DNA of 64,000 nucleotides from the human T2T-CHM13v2.0 reference genome, Homo sapiens, in assembly GCF_009914755.1 (NCBI RefSeq), contig NC_060933.1, one strand, 5' to 3'. A program made the position numbers and the translations under genes. The notes beneath the pieces are model-generated. The model had not been told where the DNA came from. It did not search any database and saw nothing but the letters and a program-made list of their open reading frames with translations. Each line of letters begins with the position of its first letter. Position 1 is the stretch's first letter. This document shows positions 54,141-64,000 of the stretch, piece by piece.

Positions 54141-57100
54141 TAGCAGCTCTGGATTCTTCCGTCTCTGAGAGGGTCACAGGCCTCCAAGGGATGGTGGTAG
54201 TGGAGTATACTTTTATCTTCCTGGGCTGGATGTAACACTGCCTGCTGCCAGCTCAGGAAGCCAGGCCACACTGTGCCCATAGGGCCACATGTAAGGCAGA
54301 GCCTGGTGCTCAGCTGAACCCCAGGTGAGGCAGGAACTTGGCCTGGGATGCTTTGCTACTGCTATTGTCCGGAAACTGAGTTTCATCCCAAACTTAGGTC
54401 TGACTGGCTGTGCCCTGTCCCTTGCGAAATATAAACTGCAGCCCTTCCTGGCGAGAGGCTAAGTGTTTATGTGGGCTGGTTGCAGAGCCCAGCTCTTTGT
54501 CCTGCTCAGGTTCCATTTCCAAAATAATTCTGCTTAGTTCTTCACATAAACAGCAGGGCCCTTAGAGACTGGCCCTGAGAGTATAGAGGGGATCCATCCC
54601 CGTCCCAGCACCCCAGTGTGCTGCCAGGAGACACCAGTGGGCATCCTGGGGTTGGTACCCAGTGTTCTGCTTTCTGCTCTTGCTCCTGCCTCCTTGGAGG
54701 CCAGGAGCCACATGCCTGAGGCCCAGGAATGTGATGGGGAAACAAGTTTCCCAGATTGGCCAAAGACCAAGATGGGAGCCATTGCACCAAGGTAGGCGTG
54801 GTAATTCAGTGCCACACGTTTCCCATGGTCAACCCTGCAGTCACTCTTCCCGCTAAGTCAAAGTGTCCACTTTGCTGTTGTCAGGTTATTTGGTGAATTT
54901 CTGTAGCCTCTAATGATGAGTAGTGAGTGGGAACTCTGTCTCCTTTGCTCCTAGCATCTACCAGGAAGACTGTTTCAGCGAAGGCAAGTCTCATACGGAG
55001 CTGGGCCTTGTGCACGCATGTGTCATAGCAAGCACTCATGAAGATGGGCCGGGGTCTCTTGTGAGCCTGGGGCAGCCCCGGGGGAATCTTGCCCTCAGAG
55101 AAGCACTTTTCACCATAGATTCACCCCTAGGTGATGCTATGCAGTCCTCATGGTAGGAATTACCAACTTCCACATCGGCTCAGGGGCCAGGATCTTCTAA
55201 GTGGTGGGACTTCGGGTCAAGCAGAATTCTGGACTCTGAGTGGCTTCCTAAGAGTTGGCCTGCTGCTTAGCCTGAATCTCAGGGCAGGTACAGACAGGAT
55301 GGCGGTGCCCACAAGCCCTTTTTATCCAGCTAGCTAAAAGCCACTCATTGTACTAGCAGAAGCACGTTTCTACACATGAGAGGAAACACTGCATCCTTTT
55401 CGGTGCAGTTTTACAGAAAACTATTTAACGCGCTTGCTGTAGCTACCCCTGGCATGTGGATCCTGAGAATCCGCCCCTGGGCAGATTCACTCGGGTCACA
55501 CACTTGTTTATCACACGGTGTGTAATTGACCTTAGTATGTGTGCATATGGACAGCATACCACGTAGCAGTGCCCTGGGCATTCTGACCTGCCCCTCCTGG
55601 CGTGTTTACTCCTCTCTACCCATAGTTCTGGCTGCCGTGCCTCACCCTGCCATGTGGCAACCACATGCCGGGCACTGAGAGGAGGCCCGGGTGAGAGTCT
55701 GGTCAGGGTCCTGCCTTCCTGGGAGCATTCTCCTTTGAGCACCACCTCCCTCTTCTTTCTCTCTTCCCCTCCCCCTCCAGTCCTGGACTTCCTGCTGTTC
55801 CTGGTCCAGGGGGAGGGCAGGTACCACACAGTGATGGGTGTCCTGCAAGCTGAGCCTGGGTTGTTGAAACTCCTGGCCCAGAAGCCTCTAGCCCCCAGCC
55901 AAGGTCCCTGTTTGGGCCGCGTTATGACAGTCTTGTTTCCGGCATGTCAGGTGTGACCATGCCTTCTGTCTCGATGGCTTTCCTTGCTGGTGGTCTCCCT
56001 GTGGGGCTGCTGTCCTTATGTGTCGAGGTTTCAGAATGGCCAGGCTCTTGGTGGGGAGGCCCTGGATGGACATGCTGGTGGCCCAGGAGAGAGCGACCCA
56101 TCCTCAGTCCCTCTGCCTGTGAAGGCAGACTCTCCTGCCTGCCCTGGCAACAGCTCTGCGCCAGCCTGTCTGTGTGGCTGCCGGCAGCCGCGGCTCCTGA
56201 CTGGCTGCCTTCTCCCAGCTCCCTCACGCCCTCCAAGGCTCACTCACTCACTCACTGGCTGCTCGCAGCAGCTCAGGCAGCGTTCAGGCAGATGGTGCAA
56301 GGGAGGCGTGGGCGGGGGTCCTCGGACTCTGCTTGCACACCCCCATGTGTGGGTGAGGTCACGCCCAAGGGATGTCATCAACATACGCTGGGATGGGCTT
56401 GGTGCCATTCAAGATCTATCTGCAGGGACAACAAAACCCGACTTCGAGGTCTTAACAAGTCCCTCGGGAGTCTCCAGACTCGAGTCCTTACACTGCATCA
56501 CCCACTCCCCTGAGCCACCAGGCCCTGGTCTCCTCTCTTGACCCACAGGACACTGCAGGCAAATGCTGGGTTGAAATTCCAGCTCTGCCGCTTGTCAGCT
56601 GTGACTTTAGAGAACTTAGCTAACTCTGCAAAATGGGGGATAGTATCAGTTCATGGCATTGTCAAGAGGAATGAATGGGATTTGCAGCTAAATGCTTAGC
56701 AGCACCTGGCGAAGAGCAAGCGCAGGAGATGAGTTAACCGGGATTGTGTCATGGAGTTCCCCGGCTCGTGTTGTGTCCTCTCTCTGGAATGCTGCCTTCT
56801 CTTTCCCCTGTGATTCCTACTTTGATCATACCTGTCTTTCAGATCCTAGCTCCTTCTGCTTAAAGCTGGCTCTGCTCCCCCTCCCCCAGTCCTAGGCGGA
56901 CTTCAAGGCCTTCACTTTGCTCCTCATTTTTTGTGCCTGATTTCTGTGCTTCACTTTTGGGTCCACTCCACCTGGTAGCAAGGGGGTGCTTCATGAGGGC
57001 ACTGGATGGGATCTCTTGACATATACATGTCCTGCCCTCACTGGTAGAACAAAGCAAGAATCTAGCTCCTTCATAGCTCCTCAGAACCTCCGGGCAAACC

Positions 57101-60100
57101 TGGCTATGGTCCCCTTACTCCCTGCAAAGTGGAGCACATGACCAAGCCCATTCGCAAGGCCTTAGGATGAGAAGTCATAGTGATCCCTTTACAGATGGGC
57201 AGCTGAGGCCAGGAATGAGGAGGGGATGTACCCAAGGACACGTAAGAAGTTGGAGACCCTGGCCTGCTGCTTCTGTGCCTCTCTGCTGGGGGTTGGGGAA
57301 GGAGTCGGGCCATCTCTCAAGGAATCCGGGAGGACTTCACAGAAGAAGTGACAGGAGTTAAGGCTTGAAAGAGGATGGGTTCATCACATAACCAAGGCAG
57401 GGAAGGGCATTTAGGCAGAGGGAACCCCATGAGCCTAGTGCTCAGAGGATGAAAACCTTACTCTCTTCCTGGGACAGTCATTGAGACTGCAGTGAGAGGT
57501 GGGAAAGGGCCTGGAGCATCGGGAGAGTGAGAAATCATTGGGAAGGGCAGGAGCCAGCATTAAGGAGAGGCAGAGATAGAGAAGGTGAGCTGGTTAGAGG
57601 CTTGGCCCAGACCCGTGTATGTGCCAGATTAGACTGGGGGAGGGAGGGCCCAAGGATAAGCATCCCTTTGTGCCAGGTGCTTCATCTCTTAGTGCTTACA
57701 GTGACCTGAGAGGTGTGCTTGTTTTAGAGATGGGGAAACCAGATGCAGAGAGGTTTGGTGGCTTGACCAAGGTCTCATGGGCTAGTAAGAGGCAGAGCCA
57801 AAATGTGAACCACCAGCAACATGACTCTCAAGTCCTCTGGTGGCCACCACCTGTTTGGGATGGGGTGGCAGCTCCTCTCAGGGCAGGGGCCCTGTAGTCT
57901 ACTCCCCAAGCAGGTGTGGGGGCCACTAAGAGAGTGTATGGCCCACAAGGTTCATTGTTAGGTCCTAGGCATGTGTCCAGGTGCACATAGACACCTTCAG
58001 TGAACCAGATTGTTCACCAAGCCTGGCAACTCTCTTCAACTAGGCCCTATTGGAAAATGGGTAGGATGCCAGGCAGCCTACAGCTGGGCAGCTCCAACTC
58101 TGGCCTCTGTTGCCCAGCAGCCAAAAGGTGGGGCTCTTGTAAGACCTGAGCCCCTCACCCCGTGTCTGGGTCCTGTAGCATTTCGGTCCTTACTTCCTTG
58201 CAGTTCTCAGGGTGTGGCAGTTGTCTGTGTGCCTCATTGAGTGGCAGATCTCCTGTGGACCGGGCCCAGGCCTCCTCTCTGGGCCTCTGGCACCTAGCAT
58301 ACAGCCTGGCCCAGCACAGGTGCCCAGTAAATGTTTGTACCATGAACGATACATTGAGCACCTACTGCGTGCCGGGTGCTGTGCCAGGCCCTGGAATAAT
58401 TAACTTCGGCATGGCACTTTATGATTCACAGAGCTCCTCCCAGTCCCCTTAGGAGTCTGATTGTCTCAGATCAGGTATTTATTTCCCTGTTTTCCAAACA
58501 AGGAAACTGAAGCTTAGGAAGAGGAGGGCTGTAGCCTCAGGTCACATCTGTCAGCCAGGGAGGGGCAGAACCAGCCCCAGCCACTGCCCACTCCCTGCTC
58601 CCTGGGCAGTGAGCACACCCTGGAGGCTGACAGCTGTTTCTTTCCAACCCCTGCAAGCAAGAGATAGAGCACCCTGGCTGGCAGGGAAGCCAGGCCAACA
58701 GAGAATCCGTATCCCAGGAAGCAGGGCTCCTGGGGGCTGCAGTAGGCACCTGGCTCATCCTCAGGGCTCCACCCAGCAGGAGCAGGGGCCTCCTCTTCCA
58801 CTACCAAGGACCTGGTTGCTGGGGACAATTGTCTGTGTCTGGGGTAAGTCAGAGGCAGGAGAACAAAGAGAACCCTTCCTGCCAATGCCACTCTGACCTT
58901 GAAAACCCTGTGGGGTTTCATTTACTCGAAAGAAAAAGGGAAGAGTTGGTTACCAGCTTCAAAGAGGGGCAGACCTCCTGCAGGCGAGCATTGAGGAAAC
59001 CTTGGCTTTGTGAGTTATTGCTGCCAAATTTCTCCTTTTCAGTTTAACAGAAGTCCTGGGGATCACTGTCCATGGGCTGGGGAGGAATCCGGCCACCTTT
59101 TTTAGAAGGCAGGAAGGTGCCAGGATCACTGCTCTTACTTTGGTTGGGCTCTAGGTGGCACAGCTTCTGATGTAAAGATCAAATAACAATAGGGAGATCT
59201 GGATGCAGCCTGAAGGCTCACCCCAGTGTCTTGCTGCAGGTGTGCCCAGCTGTGGGACCAGGACCCCAGGAAGGAAGGGCATTGTTCTGTCCCTGCTGTG
59301 GGAGTCTCTCAGGGAAGCAGCATAGCACTCAGGAAATCCTGGGCACCGTGAAGGGCTGTGTATTTATTCCTTATTCCACAAACAATAAGCAAGTCCCTGC
59401 TGTGTGCCAGGCACTGAGTGGGATCCTGGGAGAAGGATTGATGTGTTGTGGGTCCTGCCATGTCCTGCCTGTTGTGACAGTCCACCACTGTAGTGGCATC
59501 TGTGTCCATCTGGAGAGTACATGTTCTGCTAAGGGGGGCAGCAGCCCCTGCACCATGGCACTGGGCATTTGGTGGCAGGCCTTTGGATTTATAAGAGAAG
59601 CCAAAAATCTAGAGGTTTTTTTGTGACATTTTAAAATTTCACATCTTTAAATGTTGGCATTTGATTCAAAACTTAAAAATGTCAACACTGTGTGGGCTAA
59701 ACAAAACATGAATGTTGACCAAATACAGCTCATACTCTTTAGTTAAAGACCTTTATCTTAAAGGTTGGATAAAACCCAGATGGGCAGAGGGCAATAGGCA
59801 AGGTCTTCCTGGGGAGGGGGCACCTGGACAGAGGGGTGGTGGTGGGAATCTGCCTGAGCATTTTCAGGGCAGCTGGGAACTGGGAAGTGAGGGGCGGAAC
59901 TGATGGGGCCCCGCCCAGTCATGGAATCCTTGCATGCCCTGGACGTGCAGATGTGCTGCAGGCCTGACCCAGGCTGCCCTGAGAGCCTCCAGCTGTGTCC
60001 ATCCCTCCAGTCAGCAGCGTTTACCCAACACCGTCACATAAATGAGGCTTTGGCCAGGCAGGAGCTCAAGGAAGAAGGGTCATGAGTATTTAAGAGAAAC

Positions 60101-60715
60101 CTCCAGGACACACGATCCTCATCTCCAGGAAAGCTATGGAATGGGGGCTGTCGATCTCTCCGTTGTCCATGCATGCATGTGACCTCCCCTGCCATTTGCA
60201 TTTGCTCTCCTGCAGCTCCTTCAGGTTCTGGGCTGGGCCAGGAGGGCTTTCGCAAGAACACCTAAAAACCCTTGGAAAGGGGCTCTTCCCTTCTCCTCTT
60301 CCTGTTCCTCCCCTGCAGGAGTCCTGCATTGTTCAGAGGGTTTGAACGGCTCTGGCCAAAGCCTGTTTGGGTGTCTTCCTGTTCGGGGCCTGCAGTTATG
60401 ACTCCTCCCTTTTTCTCAGTTTCTCCCCGTCTGCCACTCCCCCCATGATCCATATTTGAGTTTCTTCTAAATGATCACCTGCAGAAATGGTCCTTCAGAT
60501 TGTCCCAGAGATTTGCCCAGGAAACTTTCATTGAGCCCCTGCTGTATGCAGGGCCTTGGGCCAGAGAGGGGACTGAAACCCAGGGCTCCCACTGACTGGT
60601 AGAGTAGACAGCCACACAGACAGCCAGTGGGTTTGAAGAAGAAACTCAAGTGTGGATCATAGGGGGAGTGACAGACAGGGGGAAGAAACAGAAAAAGGGA
60701 AGTTATGACTGCAGG

Positions 60716-60820
60716 CCTACCTGGGAGGCTGAGGCAGGAGTATCCTTTGAGCCCAGGAGTTTGAGTCTAGCCTGGGCAATATAATGAGACTATGTTTCAA
60801 AACAAGATAAGTTAAAAAAA
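60716..60820 (+). mobile_element. Truncated old Alu monomer (FAM/FLAM-like)
   Basis: tgggaggctgaggcaggag...tgagcccaggagtttgagtctagcctgggcaa. Confidence 0.8.
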
Positions 60821-62299
60821 TTGCAAGTATAGAGTACCAAATTCCAGGCACTATAAAGCAAAAAGTAACAAAACTTCTATGCCACTCCCACCATAGAATC
60901 TCTTACTCCACCAAAAGCCACGGTGGACTGTTGGTCGGGGACTTTTTCTGCAGACTTTTTTCTGTGGCCAATGAAATGATCTTATCCACGTCCCTGTGCC
61001 TGGAACAGGCCACCCAGCATGCTCCTGCTTCCTTGGCCTGCAGAAGGACTGAGGGAGCCTAGCTGCCATGGCCCAGAGCCCTCTCTCCCAGCACCCACAG
61101 CCTTTAGTCCCATAGCTATGGTGCTGGGTGGCCCTCCATGGACGGAGTCTGTGGCTCTGGAAGGAAGAGGGCATGGTCTTTTCCCAGCAGTGCCACACAG
61201 ACTCAGGCCGTGGGCTGCCTCAGCCAGCAGAGAGGGAGGCAACAAGCAGGCTGGCTGGCTGAGGACTTCGAGAGCACACAGGGCTCCCCCAAGGGATCCT
61301 CGGGATTGAGTTATTTCTGTTTTTGCTCACCTGTGCCTGGCCCTGGGGACAGAGACAGGAATCAGCTGCAGTCCCTGCCTCCCTGGAGGAGCTCCCAGTC
61401 AGGTGGGAGAGGTGCCTGCCACCCCTGATGAAACTGTCTCTACCTCAGGTTCTCCCTGCTGCTCAGAACAAGGGACAGCCAGGAACCAGGTCCAGGGAGG
61501 AGTGTGGTCTGGGCTCAGGGGAGCCCTGGAGGAAGTGGATTGTAAGCTAAGATTGGGAGGAACTCTCCCCACCCTGGTTTCACCTGATGGGTCTTGCAGC
61601 ACCTCCTGCTCAGTAAGCAAAGAACTGGATGGGAAAGAACTGACATCTGTGCAATGCAGACACTTGGAGCTGTTGTTTCATTTAGAGTACAGTGTTTTCC
61701 CCTAGAGGCCCTGTGTGGATGAAGACACAGAGCTGGTTGAGGATTGGGCCCAGGGGGTAGGGCGGAGAGGAGGGTGCATGGTGAAGATTTGTCTACTTAG
61801 GCTGGTGAGCCCACTCGGGGTGGAGCACTGGCTTAAGGCACCTTGGCCCTGCCCACTGCTGCTGGGGGACCTTGATCAAGGTACTTCATCATCAGTCAAA
61901 TGGGGCAGAGAGCCCTGCCCACCTCCCAGGGCTTCTCTGAGAGTCTGCCTGACAGTCTTTCTGCCTTGGGAGCAGCAGAGCCTGGGCCCATGTTGGGGAT
62001 GATGAGGATGTTGATGGTAACGAGGATAGTGACAGGGACAACATGGGGGATTGTTTACTGAGGATTCCCTCATGCTGGCGCTTGAGGTGACACACCCTCA
62101 CTGTGTGCTGTGTGCCCTGCCGTCATGGCTCCCCACTGGACCCTGCACCGAGCCCTAGACTTGCTCCCCTTTCAGTCAGTTCTCTGCCCAGGACTCACTT
62201 GTTATGACTCAGGTTCCTTCCTGTGGACCCTGAATGGGGAGCACCTGACTACCTTTCCAGTTGCACTTCCCCCACCCCTCCCCGTTCCCTGCCCCACGA

Positions 62300-62635
62300 G
62301 TGCTCCAGCATACATCTTTGTCCTTGTTCCCTCTTCTTCTCTTCCTGGAACATTCTTTGTTCAGATACCTGTGTGGCTTGCTGCCCCACTTCATTCAAGT
62401 GTGAATCCAACCACCCGGTCAAACACAGCCCCCTCCCATCCTCTAGCCAGGACCTGGCTCTGCATTTGTCTCTAGCTGTTGAGTTCACCTGATGTTGTTA
62501 CATACTTCGTGTACTTTTCCCACACTCTAGACTGTACGCCACATGCAAGTAGAACATTTATGTCTTGTACCCTGATGTGTCTCTGGCACCTAGAATCGGG
62601 CCTGACAGAAAGTTGGTGAATGAACAAACAAACAT
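62300..62635 (+). mobile_element. L2 3' fragment
   Basis: tagactgtacgccacatgcaagtagaac...ctggcacctagaatcgggcctgaca...tgaatgaacaaac. Confidence 0.6.
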
Positions 62636-63143
62636 TTAATTGTACCCCATAATGTGGACACATTGCTGTCTACATTTTACAGATGGGGAAACTAGACTCA
62701 AAGAAGAGGTGGATTGACTAGCCCAATGTCATACAGCTGCAGCGGGACAGAACCAGGATTTTAGCCCAGTGTCTGTGGCCTCTGAGCCCTGTCTCAGCCA
62801 GTAGACACTCCCACCTCCCCAGAATCTAGGATGGACAGGAATGGGAGGGGGCCCAAAAAGGTGGGTAGGATTTTACCCTGGGGATTGAGGGGTGAGGCCA
62901 AGGAGGGGGTGAACCATGAGGGTCTGAGAGGGCCAGGGGCAGGTCGGGGACTTCAGTGAGGGTCAGGACAGGGAACCCTTGCAAGACAGTCTCTGAGGAG
63001 AGCACCCCCGGCACCAGCCACTCCCAAAGACCAGCCGCCTCCAGGCTTCTTGTGCTGGCTTTGGTTCCTGGCACGATTTCTGTTTCCCAGAGGAGCTCAG
63101 GCCTGGCCCGGCTTCCCAGGGTGGAGAAACACATGGTGAGTGA

Positions 63144-63177
63144 GTGTGTGTGCGCGCGTGTGTATGTGTGTGTGTGT
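63144..63177. repeat. Alternating purine-pyrimidine tract (GT)n(GC)n(GT)n
   Basis: gtgtgtgtgcgcgcgtgtgtatgtgtgtgtgtgt read directly. Confidence 0.9.
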
Positions 63178-64000
63178 CCAGCCTTGCTGTTTGCGTTGTC
63201 GTCACGTCTTCTTAATCAGCCTATTTCTGGGAGCGATGACTTCATCTCCTGTGATTCTCGACACAGCCATTGTCAGGCGTCCATGGAAAGATTGGGCCTG
63301 GCAGTGTCCATATTCCCCTAACGAGCCAGGTTGGGAGAGCCAATTGGCGGGCCCTGGTCTGACCTGGCTCGGGGGCTTATGGTCAGGTCTATCTCCAAGA
63401 GACTCCACTGCCCAGGGTCACCCTTAGATTTGGCCTCTTTGACCCTGGGGTACCCAGTGCAGCAAATTCCAGCCATTGTTTCCTGTGTGCTTCCTCTGTG
63501 TACGCTCTGCTGTGGGCAGGGGGTAGGGGACAGTCACGCCAATCTCTGCCCTCAAGGGCTCCTGCTGTCTGACAATGCAGATGAGTCAACAGACCTCACC
63601 TTAGAGGGTCTGTGCGTGAACAGAGAAGGGAGTGAGGACTCTACCAGCGCTCAAGGAAGGCTCCACTGAGTTGGTGGTTGGGCCACAGGGTGAAGGTGAA
63701 GGTTCCCTTGAGGGAGGGAAAGGGCTTTTGGGCATGCCAGGTAGTTGGGTATCACTGGGCACGGGGCGGCTATGTGTTGGGCCTGGAGAGTGCAAGGAAT
63801 AGAGGGGAAGGTAGCAGGAAGGCAGCAGGGTATGGACTTGATCCTGAAAGTAGCTGGGAAGGATTTTAAGAAGAGATGGGACCTAGATAGATCAGCGATT
63901 TTAGAAGCAAGTCCTTGGCTGTGTGTAAGGGTAGGTGTGGAAAGGTGTGACACTGGGAAATATATACAGTATTTGGTTTCTTGGCACACGACTCCTGAAA

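Overview
Primate (almost certainly human) genomic DNA lying entirely inside the 5' half of the Ras-GAP tumour-suppressor gene DAB2IP, + strand. Only two canonical coding exons fall in the window: 16667-16770 (104 bp) and 37314-37447 (134 bp). They splice in frame to give ...[79 protein letters not shown](R)..., which I recognise from memory as the DAB2IP N-terminus leading into the PH region. The second exon sits in a strong intragenic CpG island (about 36.65-37.9 kb). The rest is intron: Alu, L1, MaLR/ERVL LTRs, MIR, L2, hAT/Tc2 MITEs and microsatellites. Nearly all six-frame ORFs are spurious. I see no unambiguous new biological system. The best leads concern hidden isoforms and regulation: (i) a candidate alternative first coding exon at about 39.5-39.94 kb whose phase-2 GTAAGT donor would join the DAB2IP frame; (ii) a 45-nt in-frame cryptic exon followed by UG repeats (TDP-43-type layout) at 63091-63135; (iii) a cluster of AG|GT recursive-splice-like sites at 47.8-48.3 kb; (iv) RFX X-boxes at 10.4 kb and in the CpG island; (v) a uAUG at the end of the island exon; (vi) several local duplications. 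Repeat family names come from recalled consensus sequences, not from a RepeatMasker run, and boundaries without a stated TSD are approximate.
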